Part shown: in pieces, positions 44,678 to 55,336 of the stretch | Numbering within the stretch: the stretch's first letter is position 1 | Layout: every line of letters begins with the position of its first letter | Program-made: the position numbers and the translations under genes | Assembly (NCBI GenBank): GCA_003171035.1 | Contig: PMXR01000109.1 | Span: 29,019 to 93,018 of the forward strand | DNA: 64,000 nucleotides | DNA from: Chloroflexota bacterium | GTDB lineage: Bacteria > Chloroflexota > Limnocylindria > Limnocylindrales > CSP1-4 | Direction of reading: 5' to 3' | Notes under the pieces: generated by a model | Seen by the model: only the letters and a program-made list of their open reading frames with translations | Databases searched by the model: none | What the model was told of the DNA's origin: nothing

Positions 44678-46555
44678 CTACGGGCCAGGCGGGCTCGGCG
44701 TCGGAGCCGGGGTCGGCGTGTGAGTCGGCGTAGGCGTCGGCGCCGGCGTGGGAGTAGGAGTCGGCGCCGGAGTAGGAGTCGGGCTCGGGCTCGGGCTCGG
44801 GCTTGGGCTAGGGCTGGGTGAAGGCGTGTCCGTTGGACTGGGGCCCTGGGAGAGCACGTAGTCGACCAGCGAGTTGGCCAGCACCGGGATGCCGGAATGC
44901 GGGTTGGAGCTGATGACCTGGCCGGCCGGGATCGCGGGGTCGTAAGCATTGGTGACGACGCCCGCCTGCAGCCCCACTCCGGTCAGGGCGCTCAGGGCGT
45001 CGGTTTCCGTCATGCCCACGAGGTTCGGAACCGTGACGGTCTTCTGACCGGTGACGACCGTGATGGTGATGGTGTCGCCGGCGTGCATTTCGGTGGCTGC
45101 GGCCGGATCTTGGGCGATAACGGTGCCGTCGGCCTGGGTCGTCGTATTCGGTGTGAACTGGACGATCACGCTCAGGCCATCGCGTTGAGCCTGCGCCTGG
45201 GCTTGCGTGTAGGACTCGTACATCAGGTTGGGGGCGTAGATGGGCGCCTGAGGCGACTTGCTGGCCAGGGTGAAGACGATGAAGGCGACCACAACGATGA
45301 CCATGATCAGCAGCACGCCGGCGATCCAAGCCCACGGGCTGGCACCGACCTGCTCGGTCTCGTCGTCCAGTTGCGAGGGGCGCCGGACGGGCCGTCGTGG
45401 GCGCTCGGGCTCCGGCGAGTAGGCGTTGGACGCTTCGTACTCGGCGTCCTCGTTGAAGCGTTCCACGGGGCCGCGCCGCGACGCGTATGCGTCCGCGGAA
45501 TAGTTGCCCCGGCCGAGGCGCGCCGAACTGCCGGCGCCGTCGGCGGAGGCCACGCCCGCTCCGGCGGCGAGATCGGCCGCGGCTGCGATCGGGACCGCGC
45601 GGCGCAGAGCGGATCCGGAACTCGCCGGCGTTTCCGACACGGTCGACGATGCGGCGGAGTACGTCGCCGCGGCCGCGGCGGCGGACCTGGCCGCGCCGCG
45701 CACGGAGGCGTCCGGCTCGACGTATCTCTCCAGCGCGTCGGCAACGTCGGCGGCCGATGCGTAGCGTCCCTCGCCTGCGTGCAGTAGGGCCTTCATGGTG
45801 ATCTGGTCGAGCTCGGGCGGGACGGCTGTATTGAGTGTCGACGGCACGGGCGGTGGCCCGGCCTTGCGCGCGGCGACGACTTCTTCCACCGATTGCCCGA
45901 TCCACGGTGCGCGGGCGGTCAGCATCTCGTACAGGAGGCAGCCGAGCGCCTCCACGTCGGACGCCTCCGACGGCGCGCCGCCGAGCATCGCGCTCAAGAC
46001 CGGCGGCGTGGCCTTCTTGGGAGAATCGGCGTCGTAGCTCTTGATATTCGAAGACGACGAGTCCGTTACCGCCAGGGCGGCGCGGGCGATACCGAAGTCG
46101 GTGACCTTGATCGTCCCGTCCCGGGTGACCATGACGTTGTCCGGCTGGAGGTCGCCGTGCGGCAGCCCGCGTTCGTGAGCGGCGGAGAGAGCCCGGGCAA
46201 CCTCGGCGGCCGCTCGCGCGGCGCGGCGCGGCGGCACGGGCCCATTGCGCTCGATGAGCGTGCCGAGATCCGCCCCGTCGACGTATTCCGTCGCCAGGTA
46301 GGTGCCGGCGTCGTCGGTGCCGAAGTCGTAGACGGCGGCTACGTTCGTGTGGTCGAGGCTGGTCGCGACTCGAGATTGCCAGCGGAAGTCCGACATGAAG
46401 TCCAGGTCGTCGGCGTACTCCGGACGAATCAGCTTGAGCGCGACGTCCCGCCCCATCTGGACATCGTGAGCCCGGTATACCGTGTCGAAACCACCCTCGC
46501 CGAGCAACTCAACGAGCCGGTAACGGCCCCCGATCATTCGTCCGATCTCGACCAC
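44678..46555 (-). CDS. Ser/Thr protein kinase with extracellular PASTA domains (PknB-like)
   Basis: Kinase subdomains ([13 protein letters not shown]...[27 protein letters not shown]). Single TM helix, then two PASTA-like repeats. The tail is a (SP/TP)n low-complexity run. Confidence 0.8.
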   Translation of the reverse strand: MVEIGRMIGGRYRLVELLGEGGFDTVYRAHDVQMGRDVALKLIRPEYADDLDFMSDFRWQSRVATSLDHTNVAAVYDFGTDDAGTYLATEYVDGADLGTLIERNGPVPPRRAARAAAEVARALSAAHERGLPHGDLQPDNVMVTRDGTIKVTDFGIARAALAVTDSSSSNIKSYDADSPKKATPPVLSAMLGGAPSEASDVEALGCLLYEMLTARAPWIGQSVEEVVAARKAGPPPVPSTLNTAVPPELDQITMKALLHAGEGRYASAADVADALERYVEPDASVRGAARSAAAAAATYSAASSTVSETPASSGSALRRAVPIAAAADLAAGAGVASADGAGSSARLGRGNYSADAYASRRGPVERFNEDAEYEASNAYSPEPERPRRPVRRPSQLDDETEQVGASPWAWIAGVLLIMVIVVVAFIVFTLASKSPQAPIYAPNLMYESYTQAQAQAQRDGLSVIVQFTPNTTTQADGTVIAQDPAAATEMHAGDTITITVVTGQKTVTVPNLVGMTETDALSALTGVGLQAGVVTNAYDPAIPAGQVISSNPHSGIPVLANSLVDYVLSQGPSPTDTPSPSPSPSPSPSPSPTPTPAPTPTPTPAPTPTPTHTPTPAPTPSPPGP

Positions 46556-46639
46556 CAGAGATCCTCACTGGGCTATTGGGCTATATGGGACGCCGCCGCG
46601 TCGAATGCTCGACTGCCACTCCCCACAGATTACCCGCCA

Positions 46640-47518
46640 TCAGCGCAGATCGAGCGATTGGAGGTACCGGCGGAACTCGGTTCCCATTTCCGGTCTCTGC
46701 AGGGCCAGTTCAACAGACGCTTTGAGCCAGCCCATCGTGGTGCCGGCATCGTATCTCACGCCGTCGAAAGCGTAGCCGTACACGTCCTGCTCCTGCATCA
46801 GCGCCTGGATCGCGTCGGTCAGCTGGATCTCGCCGCCCGCACCGCGCGGCGTCTGCTCGAGCTTCTCGAAGATCTTGGGCGTCAGGACGTAGCGGCCGAT
46901 GATGGCCAGGTTGGACGGCGCCGCGGATGGCTCGGGCTTTTCGACAAGGTCGGTGACGTGATACAGCCGCGGATCGGTCGAGCCGGCGACCTGCTCGCCG
47001 CCGATCACGCCGTATCGGAAGGTCTCCTCTTGCGGAACTTCCATCACGGCCACGACCGAACTGTGGGTCTCTTCATAGGCTTGGATCAGCTGCCCGATGC
47101 AGGGCCTCTCGCCCACCACGACATCGTCCGAGAGGATCACGGCGAAGGGCTCGTGGCCGATCAGGTCTTTGGCCATGAGTACGGCGTGGCCGAGGCCCAG
47201 CTGCTCCTTCTGGCGAACGTAATAGACCTGAGCTAGGTCCGAGATCGCTCGGATCTGGCGCAGCTTCTCGATTTCGCCACGCGATTCCAGGAGTTGCTCG
47301 AGTTCGACACTTATGTCGAAGTGGTCCTCGATCGCCCGCTTCTGGCTGCTGGTGACGATGATGACCTGCTCGATGCCGGCTTCGACCGCTTCTTCAACGG
47401 CGTACTGGATGACCGGCTTGTCGACCAGGGGGAGCATCTCCTTGGGCTGGGCTTTGGTGGCCGGGAGAAAGCGGGTTCCCCAACCCGCGGCCGGAAGTAC
47501 CGCCTTGCGTACGTGCAT
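46640..47518 (-). CDS. galU: UTP--glucose-1-phosphate uridylyltransferase
   Basis: MHVRKAVLPAAGWGTRFLPATKAQPKEMLPLVDKPVIQYAVEE is the GalU N-terminal signature. Confidence 0.8.
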   Translation of the reverse strand: MHVRKAVLPAAGWGTRFLPATKAQPKEMLPLVDKPVIQYAVEEAVEAGIEQVIIVTSSQKRAIEDHFDISVELEQLLESRGEIEKLRQIRAISDLAQVYYVRQKEQLGLGHAVLMAKDLIGHEPFAVILSDDVVVGERPCIGQLIQAYEETHSSVVAVMEVPQEETFRYGVIGGEQVAGSTDPRLYHVTDLVEKPEPSAAPSNLAIIGRYVLTPKIFEKLEQTPRGAGGEIQLTDAIQALMQEQDVYGYAFDGVRYDAGTTMGWLKASVELALQRPEMGTEFRRYLQSLDLR

Positions 47519-47524
47519 CTGCCC

Positions 47525-47902
47525 TCAGCTCTGGTCGGCCGCCACGGCGGCGGGATCGACGAACTCGTGATCGTCACGGTGGATACCGTCGCACAGCCCC
47601 ATCAGAGGAGGCTCCGCCGTCACCCAGACCGGTCGCATTATCTCCCGGACCTGTGAACGCCGGCAGAAGAGCATTCCTCGCTTGCTCATCCAGGCCAAGA
47701 CATGGCTTGGGTCGCCGTGGAACTCAAACGGACCGGGGTTCAGCGGCGCGGATTCTGTGGATGGGACCGGCGACTCCGGCGCCACGATTTCCAGCAGGCT
47801 TACTCGCCACGGTCGCCCGGCGATGACCTCTCCGCAGCCGGAGCAGCGGCCCGCCTTGTTGTCGGTGACAATCGTGGGAATCCGGACGCCGTAGAGATCC
47901 AT
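47525..47902 (-). CDS. hypothetical protein
   Basis: 125-aa ORF ending 6 nt before the galU start. Composition looks like coding sequence. No motif recognised. Confidence 0.3.
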   Translation of the reverse strand: MDLYGVRIPTIVTDNKAGRCSGCGEVIAGRPWRVSLLEIVAPESPVPSTESAPLNPGPFEFHGDPSHVLAWMSKRGMLFCRRSQVREIMRPVWVTAEPPLMGLCDGIHRDDHEFVDPAAVAADQS

Positions 47903-48205
47903 CTACGCCGGATCGTAGCAGGTCGCCGAAGGAAAGGAGCAGAGTCTCGATCTAATGGACGGATACGACAACGACCTGCCGCCCTCGGAGGCGGCCCGCG
48001 ACAGGCGCCGCGATCGTGACGCCGACGCACGGACCAGGGCCGGGATGAAGACCGGCCTGGCCAAGCAGTTCAAGCAAGTGCTCGACGCCCAGGTCAAGCG
48101 GGCGCGTGATCTCGAGCCGCCCGCCTCGGACGATTTCGACGGCCCGGACGAGCCTGCGGCCCGAGCCACTCGAAAGCCCCGGTCACGCTCCGGCGCCACC
48201 GGGAC

Positions 48206-50011
48206 TCAGCCGCCGAACGTGAAGGAATAGGCGCGCGCACCCGCAGCGTTGAACGTGATGATGACCGTGCCACGGGCCGCGGACGGCAGGTGGACGACGT
48301 GGTACAGGCGCGCCGCCCCGATGCCCATGGCACCGTCGGCGCCCACGTCCTCGGTCGGCGACGCCCCCGTGACGCCGGTCACCTGGACCGTTGCCGGCAC
48401 CGGCGAATCGGCCGCCACAACCAGGTAGACGTCGCGAGCGTAGAACGAGAGCTCAAGCTGATCGCCCGCCTGGGTCGCGGTTGCGTACTGGGGCTGGAAG
48501 TCGAAAGTGCCCGAGACGGCAAACGTGTCGTCCGATAGGTAGCTCGGGAAGGTGTACTTGGCCGCTCCCGCGCCGGCCACCTGGGGCGAGGCGAAGCTGG
48601 TCGCGCGATCCGTCCCGATGTACGTCTCGGGCGTCTGGTTGGCGATGAATGGCGGTGGCGGGGCCGATGGCGCCGCACTCGGCAAGGCCGCCTGGCCCGC
48701 CTCGGCCAGGAGCCCGCGGATCTCGATCTCCGTCTGGTTGTAGTCGCCCTCGCCGAAGTGCGTCGAGCGGATGTGGCCGGTGGCGTCGATCAGATAGTCG
48801 GCCGGCCAGTACGCATTGCTATATGCGTTCCAGGTGCCGTACTCGTTGTCCTGGGCCACCGGATAGGTGATGCCGAAGCGGACGATGGACGCCGCGACGT
48901 TGCCCGTGTCGTGTTCGAAGGCGAATTCCGGAGTGTGGACCCCGACAACGACGAAGCCGTCCGCCGCGTATTTCTGATACCAGCTCTCGACGTAGGGCAG
49001 GGTCCTGATGCAGTTGATGCAGGAGTAGGTCCAGAAGTCGACCAGGACAACCTTGCCGCGCAGCCCGGCCATCGTCAGCGGGCTCGAATTGAGCCAGTGG
49101 TCGATGCCGGTGAAGTCCGGCGCGGCCGGCCCGACCGGCAGCCCCGAGATGCCCGACGCGGGTCCGCTGACCGTCGTCGCCCCGTTGGCGCCGATGTCCT
49201 GAAGAGCGGACTGGACCTGGTTGGTCCGTTCCAGCGTCTGGAGCGTGTTCGTCCAGTCTGGCAAGGCGCCGGTCAGGTCGGCCGAGAGCGCGGTGTCGGC
49301 GCCGACGGCCATCAGGCCCGCCGTCGCGAGGACGAGTACACCGAAGGCCCGACCGGCCCATGCCGAAGCCGATCGCATCCGAAGCCGCGCCAGTGCCGCT
49401 CGGCCGCCCATGGCGATTGCGAGGAGCGGCAGCCCGGCACCGATTGCGTAAGCGACGACAAGCGCGAAAGTGGCCAGCGAACCCGGGGCGGTCACCGCCA
49501 GGCTGGTTATCGCACCGAGAATCGGGCCGGCGCAGGGCGTCCAGACGAGCCCGAGCCCGACGCCCGTGGCCAGACCCGCGATCACGCCCGCGGCTCCGAC
49601 ACGTGGCTCGCCGACGCCGAGCCGGTCGGTGCCGAGCCTGCCGGTGCCGAGCCTGCCGGTGCCGAGCCTGTCGGTGCCCGCCAGCCGCGCACCGATCCCC
49701 GGCAGGCCGGCCGTCAGCCGCTCGAAGCGGGTGGTCAGCGCCGGCACGAGTAGCGTCAACCCGAACAGCGCGATGATCGCGATGGCGATGTCCCGCAGCG
49801 TCGAGCTGGGCAGATGCAGGGTCTGGATGATCTCGACGCTGGCCAGGGTGAAGAACGAGAAACTGCCGATCAGGCCGGCGATGACCAGGACCGGACGACG
49901 TCTGTCGCCGTCGGCGCCCGTGGCCAGAACGATGGGAAGTATCGGCAGGACGCACGGGGACACGGCCGTGACCAGTCCCGCGATGAAGGCGACAAATATG
50001 AGTACGAGCAT
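48206..50011 (-). CDS. cytochrome c biogenesis / thiol-disulfide transfer protein: CcdA(DsbD-TM)-family membrane domain fused to a TlpA/redoxin-like thioredoxin domain
   Basis: N-terminal CcdA-like helices with the conserved Cys (AVSPCVLPILPIV ... WTPCAGPILG). Thioredoxin-fold segment with CxxC (VVLVDFWTYSCINCIRTLP). Internal GTGRL 15-bp repeats. Confidence 0.6.
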   Translation of the reverse strand: MLVLIFVAFIAGLVTAVSPCVLPILPIVLATGADGDRRRPVLVIAGLIGSFSFFTLASVEIIQTLHLPSSTLRDIAIAIIALFGLTLLVPALTTRFERLTAGLPGIGARLAGTDRLGTGRLGTGRLGTDRLGVGEPRVGAAGVIAGLATGVGLGLVWTPCAGPILGAITSLAVTAPGSLATFALVVAYAIGAGLPLLAIAMGGRAALARLRMRSASAWAGRAFGVLVLATAGLMAVGADTALSADLTGALPDWTNTLQTLERTNQVQSALQDIGANGATTVSGPASGISGLPVGPAAPDFTGIDHWLNSSPLTMAGLRGKVVLVDFWTYSCINCIRTLPYVESWYQKYAADGFVVVGVHTPEFAFEHDTGNVAASIVRFGITYPVAQDNEYGTWNAYSNAYWPADYLIDATGHIRSTHFGEGDYNQTEIEIRGLLAEAGQAALPSAAPSAPPPPFIANQTPETYIGTDRATSFASPQVAGAGAAKYTFPSYLSDDTFAVSGTFDFQPQYATATQAGDQLELSFYARDVYLVVAADSPVPATVQVTGVTGASPTEDVGADGAMGIGAARLYHVVHLPSAARGTVIITFNAAGARAYSFTFGG

Positions 50012-50268
50012 TAACGAATGCTAGACCCGAGTGGCGTGCGTGTCCTCAAAGCCGGGCCGGCCAGGCCACCCCGTGGGCCGTGGTGGCAGCCGGGCTTGGC
50101 GATCCCGCGGGCGCGTCTCAGCCAACTAAGTGAGTTCGGCCACTGGCTTCAGGATTATCCGAGTGCGAAGATGGCATACACGTGTCGCTGGAAGAGGGCC
50201 GACTCGCTCCATGTCGGCCGACTTCCTTGCTCCCGTCTCCACACGGGAGGTGCGAAGAGGTGAACTTG

Positions 50269-51294
50269 ATGAAGGCTTCCCTTTGGCGGTGGCGATTCGT
50301 CCCGCTGGCCCTGGCATTGATTCTCGCCGGCGTAGCCTCGGTGGCCTACGCCCTGGGCGCCGCGTCCGGGGCCCCCGACGGCGCGATGGCGGCGCAGGCC
50401 ACTACGATCCCCGGCCACCCCGAACTCGGTCCCGGCTGGACCGGCGGCGGGGCACTCGGCGGCGGGGCACTCGGCGGCGGGGCACTCGGCGGCGTTTCCG
50501 GTCGGATGGCGATTGCCATCACCAAGATCGACGGCACCAAGCTGTCGCTGCAGACGAGCGACGGCTGGACGCGGACGATCGACGCCACCGGCGCGGCGAT
50601 CACCAAGGCCGGCAAGACGGTCACGGTCTCCGATCTGGCGGTCGGCGACACGATCACGTTCCACGAAACTCGCCAGACGGACGGTACCTACAAGATCACC
50701 GCGATCCAGGTCGTGATGCCGACCGCCTCGGGGACGGTCACGGCGGTGACGTCGGGCTCGGTCACGATCTCGCAGGGTGGCAACTCCACGAAGACGCTGA
50801 CGGTCACCGGTTCCACGACCTACAAGCAGGGCGGTGCGGCCGCTTCAGCGAGCGCGCTCGTGGTCGGCGTGCGAATCACGGCGCAGGGTACGGTCGATTC
50901 GGCCGGCAACTTCACCGCCACCACGATCAACATCTCGGCCGCGGCGGTTCGCGGAACGGTCGCCGGCAAGACGGCCACGACGATCGTCGTCACCACCTCG
51001 CCGGGCAAGACGGTCACGGTCAATGTCTCATCCTCGACCAAGTACGTGGTTCGCGGCGTCACGGCCCCGACGCTGAGCGACGTCGCCGCGGGAGCCTTCG
51101 TCGTTGCCAGCGGCACGCTCAACGCCGACGGATCGCTCAACGCCACTAACGTCCAGGCCGGGTTCGGCGGCGGGCCGGGCTTCGGCGGAGTCGGATCGGG
51201 GATCCCGGGTGGACCCGGCCGGGGCCGCTGGCCAAGCGGCGGCGGCACCGGGACGCCGGGCGCCACGACACCGGGCCTCGGCTCGAACACGTAG
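50269..51294 (+). CDS. secreted repeat protein (DUF5666-like beta-repeat domains)
   Basis: Signal peptide (MKASLWRWRFVPLALALILAGVASVAYA). Repeated ...KTVTVSDLAVGDTITF... / ...TVTVNVSSSTKYVV... units. GGGAG ribosome-binding site upstream. Confidence 0.45.
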   Translation: MKASLWRWRFVPLALALILAGVASVAYALGAASGAPDGAMAAQATTIPGHPELGPGWTGGGALGGGALGGGALGGVSGRMAIAITKIDGTKLSLQTSDGWTRTIDATGAAITKAGKTVTVSDLAVGDTITFHETRQTDGTYKITAIQVVMPTASGTVTAVTSGSVTISQGGNSTKTLTVTGSTTYKQGGAAASASALVVGVRITAQGTVDSAGNFTATTINISAAAVRGTVAGKTATTIVVTTSPGKTVTVNVSSSTKYVVRGVTAPTLSDVAAGAFVVASGTLNADGSLNATNVQAGFGGGPGFGGVGSGIPGGPGRGRWPSGGGTGTPGATTPGLGSNT

Positions 51295-51406
51295 GTCGCG
51301 GGCCTGGCCCCTCGGGAGCCCGAGCCCCGCGATCGAGCGCGCCCCTCGGCCGTCCTGAATACTGAGCATCCGATGACCTAAGCATTCCGGCGGCTGCCTG
51401 CGTCTA

Positions 51407-51964
51407 TTGGATGTGATGACGAGAGAGCTCGCTCCCGACACTCACCTCGTGGCGAAAGCCGGCGAGGACCCGGAGCGCGAGCGCCGCGTGCTGTCGTTGC
51501 ACGAGCGGCGCGGGCAGGATCTATACGGGTTCGCTCTCGGCCTCGGGCTCTCTGAGGAGGAAGCAGCCGACGCCGTGCAGGAGGCGATGCTCCGGCTCTG
51601 GCGCGAGCTGGCTGCTGGACGAGAGGTTCTGGACCTCGACGCCTGGACATTCCGGACGACGTATCGCATCGCCGTCGACCACCACCGCCTTCGGCTCCGC
51701 ATCTCCGGCTCTCTAGGGCGCTTGATCGCGCGAGGAGAGAGGCATGGGTCCGACCCGGCCGACTCGGCCGACGCCGACGCGCTCTGGCAGGCGGTCGACG
51801 AGCTTTCGGGACGGCAGCGTGCGGTCCTCTATCTCCGCTACCGCGCCGACCTTCCGTTCGAGCAGATCGGATTCGCGCTGGGGATCACCTCAAACGCGGC
51901 CCGCAGCCATGCAACCAATGCAGTCGCAACTCTGCGCCGTCGACTCGCGCAGGAGGAATCGTGA
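51407..51964 (+). CDS. ECF-subfamily RNA polymerase sigma factor
   Basis: Sigma70 region 2 (LYGFALGLGLSEEEAADAVQEAMLRLW) and region 4 HTH (VLYLRYRADLPFEQIGFALGITSNAARSHATNAV). Confidence 0.7.
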   Translation: MDVMTRELAPDTHLVAKAGEDPERERRVLSLHERRGQDLYGFALGLGLSEEEAADAVQEAMLRLWRELAAGREVLDLDAWTFRTTYRIAVDHHRLRLRISGSLGRLIARGERHGSDPADSADADALWQAVDELSGRQRAVLYLRYRADLPFEQIGFALGITSNAARSHATNAVATLRRRLAQEES

Positions 51965-53502
51965 TGGACATCGAAGTCATCGAGGAGCGGCTTCGCGGTT
52001 GCTGGCCGCGGGAGCGCACATATGCCGGGAATGTGACCCTGCCGGCTGAAGCGTCGGGGCCGTTGCGGGTCGCTGTTCGGACACGAGGCGGCGCGTCGGT
52101 CGGGTTGAGCGCGGCGGTCGTAACTCTCCTTCTGGTGGTCGTCGCGGGCATGGCCGTCGTCGGCGGCCAGCGGGCCGGCCACGTGAGCGCGTCCGGATCG
52201 CCGACCGCAGTGCCGACGTCGGGCCCGGACAGATCGGCCGCGGTATCCGGCCCCACCCTCATCGAGCCGAAGACCGTTCTTGATCTGGGTGATTCCGACC
52301 TGACTGGGCTGGTGCTCGGTCCCGACGGTGCGGCCTACATCCTCGACACCAACGCGAACGAGGTCGACCGGGTGGACCTCACGACCGGCGCCCGGCTCGC
52401 CGTGGTGGCCGCAGGCCAGGAGGCGCCTGCGCCGGACGGAATAATGGGCGTGGTGGCGAAACCCCGGTTCATGACGACCGGCGGCGGGGACGTCGTGATC
52501 CTTGACTCGTCAAACTCGCTATGGGTGTGGCATCCGGCCACCAGCAATGCGTCGGGCCGCGGTGTTCTCAAGAAGATCTCCATTCCCGACAGCGAGACGT
52601 GGAGCGCAGGCGCCAGGGCGATCGGCACCTACGTCACCAACCCGGTATTGGGCCAGTACAACTTCTACATCGTGCTGCCGAGTGCGCAACAGATCATCAA
52701 GTACCCGACCGCTCCGGACGGCAGCGGCTATCCCACGGCCGGCCGCGCGAACTACTTGAGCCTGGCCCAGGATGTCAGCAACGTCACCGACATGTACATC
52801 GACGGGAACGTCTACCTGGTGGACGACGGCCGGATCACGAAGTACCAGCTCGGCCAGGCCGTCGATGGCTGGTCGCTCGCGACTCCTCCAGGCCTGGCGA
52901 AGACACCCAAATACACCCTGCTGGCGGCCGACAATTCCGCCCCCGGCCAGGGACACCTTTACGCCTATGACGCGGCCAACCAGCGCATCTTGGAATTCGC
53001 CAAGACGGATGGCGCGTACGTGGCGCAGTACGAAGCCGACCCGCTGGGTGCGCCATGGCTTTCCTCGGCGGGCGGCATCTTCGTCAAGACCGACGCCGGG
53101 GACGCCAACCCGACGGTCTACTGGACTCAGGGCAGCTATCTCCTAAGCGCCTCGCTGCGAACATCGGCGGCACAGCCGTCGGCATCGGCCGCCGAGCCGT
53201 CTGGGTCGGTCGCCGCGCCGTCCGCGTCTGATTACGCCGCGCCGTCGACCACCAATTCGCCCGGGCCACTGCCGACTCCGGTGTCTCCGTCGTGGACGTC
53301 CGGCCCGGGCTGGTTCGCCTACAAGGTCTTGCCGGGCGACACCCTGTCCGCGATCGCCACGAAGTTCAACCTTCAGTTGTGGCAGCTGGAGCTGGCCAAC
53401 CCGCAGATCACGAACTTCAACAAGCTGTATGTAGGCGAGACGTTGTACATTCCGCCGCCCGCGCTCCTCACCCAGCCGCCGACGACGCCCGTCCCGTCGT
53501 AA
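51961..53502 (+). CDS. putative anti-sigma factor / membrane protein with a beta-propeller-like ectodomain and a C-terminal LysM domain
   Basis: Overlaps the sigma-factor stop as ATGA. Single TM helix (VTLLLVVVAGMAVVGG). C-terminal LysM (YKVLPGDTLSAIATKFNLQLWQLELANPQI...LYVGETLYIP). Confidence 0.5.
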   Translation: MMDIEVIEERLRGCWPRERTYAGNVTLPAEASGPLRVAVRTRGGASVGLSAAVVTLLLVVVAGMAVVGGQRAGHVSASGSPTAVPTSGPDRSAAVSGPTLIEPKTVLDLGDSDLTGLVLGPDGAAYILDTNANEVDRVDLTTGARLAVVAAGQEAPAPDGIMGVVAKPRFMTTGGGDVVILDSSNSLWVWHPATSNASGRGVLKKISIPDSETWSAGARAIGTYVTNPVLGQYNFYIVLPSAQQIIKYPTAPDGSGYPTAGRANYLSLAQDVSNVTDMYIDGNVYLVDDGRITKYQLGQAVDGWSLATPPGLAKTPKYTLLAADNSAPGQGHLYAYDAANQRILEFAKTDGAYVAQYEADPLGAPWLSSAGGIFVKTDAGDANPTVYWTQGSYLLSASLRTSAAQPSASAAEPSGSVAAPSASDYAAPSTTNSPGPLPTPVSPSWTSGPGWFAYKVLPGDTLSAIATKFNLQLWQLELANPQITNFNKLYVGETLYIPPPALLTQPPTTPVPS

Positions 53503-53648
53503 CGCCGCCGGCCGCCGTCCGGCGGCGCCGCCCGGTCCGCCTGGCGGTGCGACGATGTTTCAGCACGCGGGCCGCCGCTGCGGCGAGCGCATGATCGATT
53601 CACTCGGGCGCACGCGGCAGAAGGCCGCGGCCCGACGAGGATCGAGTC

Positions 53649-54692
53649 ATGCCGGCAATCACCGTCCCAGATATCACCATCCTGCCCCGCATCCCGGAGC
53701 CGGATCCAGCGACCGCCCGGATGCGCCCGGTCCGCAGCCTGACCACGGCCCCGCACGGGCTCGAGGGTGAGGGCTTTCCGGTCCGTCGCGCTTTCGCGGG
53801 CGTCGACCTCGGCGAGCTCGACCCGTTCGTCCACCTCGACCAGATGGGCGAAGTCGAGTACGCGCCCGGCGAACCGAAGGGCACGCCATGGCACCCGCAC
53901 CGCGGCTTCGAAACGGTCACGTACATGATCGACGGCACGTTCGAGCATCAGGACTCGAACGGCGGCGGCGGCACCATCACCAACGGTGACACGCAGTGGA
54001 TGACCGCCGGCGCCGGAATCCTCCATATCGAGAAGCCGCCGGAGTGGCTCGTCACCAGCGGCGGCCTGTTCCACGGATTTCAGCTCTGGGTCAACCTGCC
54101 GCGCGCCCAGAAGTGGCTCCAGCCGCGCTACCAGGACATCCGCGCCCGAGAAGTCGCGATCGCCTCGTCGCCGGACGGCGGCGCGCTCGTCCGGATCATC
54201 GCGGGCGAAGTTGCCGGGCACAAAGGCCCGGGCTCCACGTACACGCCGATGACTCTGGTCCACGCCACACTCAGCCCCGGTGCCAAGCTGACTCTGCCGT
54301 GGCGGGCGGACTACAACGCCCTCGTGTACGACATGGCCGGGCTCGGCACCGTCGGCGCCGAGGCGCGGCCGATGGAGACGGGCCAGCTGGCGGTTCTCGG
54401 TTCTGGAAACACGCTTGCCGTGGCCGCGGCCCAGGTCCAGGAGAGCCGCAGCCCGAATCTCGATCTGCTGATCCTCGGCGGCCGCCCGATCGGCGAGCCG
54501 GTGGCCTGGATGGGCCCGTTCGTGATGAACACCCGCGAGGAGATCATGACGGCGATGGCCGACTACCAGGCCGGCCGCCTGGGAACGATCCCGGCCACGA
54601 CCGCGGTCCACAACACGCCGACGACGATCGTGGAATCCGGCCGGCCCGAGGACGACCGCCAGGGCGACGCGCCGGCCGACAACCAGGCCTGA
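53649..54692 (+). CDS. pirin family protein
   Basis: Cupin motifs HPHRGFETVTYMIDGTFEHQDS and MTAGAGILHIE. The overlapping 652-aa minus-strand ORF is judged an antisense artefact. Confidence 0.75.
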   Translation: MPAITVPDITILPRIPEPDPATARMRPVRSLTTAPHGLEGEGFPVRRAFAGVDLGELDPFVHLDQMGEVEYAPGEPKGTPWHPHRGFETVTYMIDGTFEHQDSNGGGGTITNGDTQWMTAGAGILHIEKPPEWLVTSGGLFHGFQLWVNLPRAQKWLQPRYQDIRAREVAIASSPDGGALVRIIAGEVAGHKGPGSTYTPMTLVHATLSPGAKLTLPWRADYNALVYDMAGLGTVGAEARPMETGQLAVLGSGNTLAVAAAQVQESRSPNLDLLILGGRPIGEPVAWMGPFVMNTREEIMTAMADYQAGRLGTIPATTAVHNTPTTIVESGRPEDDRQGDAPADNQA

Positions 54693-54849
54693 CCGGGTGA
54701 CCGGCGATGCCACCTCAAGTCGGCAGTTTCGATCCTCACTGCGCTGCGAGCCGAGCCGTAGACCGCCGCGAACACCTAAAGTGAGGCCACGCAGAGGCGC
54801 GAACCGGCGCGAGCCGGCGCGAGCGGCATCGTGATTTGGAGGCGGCACA

Positions 54850-55188
54850 ATGACCCAGGAGCTCGACGAAGCTGAGGAGCGGGCTCGCCTGGCGGCCGCG
54901 GACCTGCTGGCTGCCGCCAACGACTTGGTTAGGCGGCGTTCGGTCAGCTGGGGCAACGCGCGGGACGAGGTCGATTTCGCGGAGCTGTCGCGGGTCGGCA
55001 GGTACCTACCGTCGCGCAAGCTCGACGACGCCAGGGCATACGTCGACAGCGTGATCGGCGTCCGGGCCGAGATCGACGCCATCGTTGCCGCTCGCCACAC
55101 GGAACCGGCGACCGAGGGCGAGTCGATCCGCCGCCTCACGGCCATCGCCGACGACTGCGAGCGCCGGGCGATCAGCCTGCGGCTATAG
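54850..55188 (+). CDS. hypothetical small helical protein
   Basis: 112-aa ORF with non-Arg-rich composition. Confidence 0.25.
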   Translation: MTQELDEAEERARLAAADLLAAANDLVRRRSVSWGNARDEVDFAELSRVGRYLPSRKLDDARAYVDSVIGVRAEIDAIVAARHTEPATEGESIRRLTAIADDCERRAISLRL

Positions 55189-55336
55189 AGTTGAAGGCTC
55201 TCGTCCCTCGGCTGTACATCCCGATGATTGTGCCGGGCGCTCGCGTCGGCGTCCTGATCGATCCGGCGGACCCCAGCAGGGTCTCGATCGACTTCACTCG
55301 AATCGCCGGCTGGGAGAGGCCGCCCGGCCATATGAC

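Noticed and set aside
53373-55331. 652-aa minus-strand ORF
   Set aside because: It is antisense to the pirin gene and neighbours. Composition is Arg/Ala/Gly-rich with no motifs.
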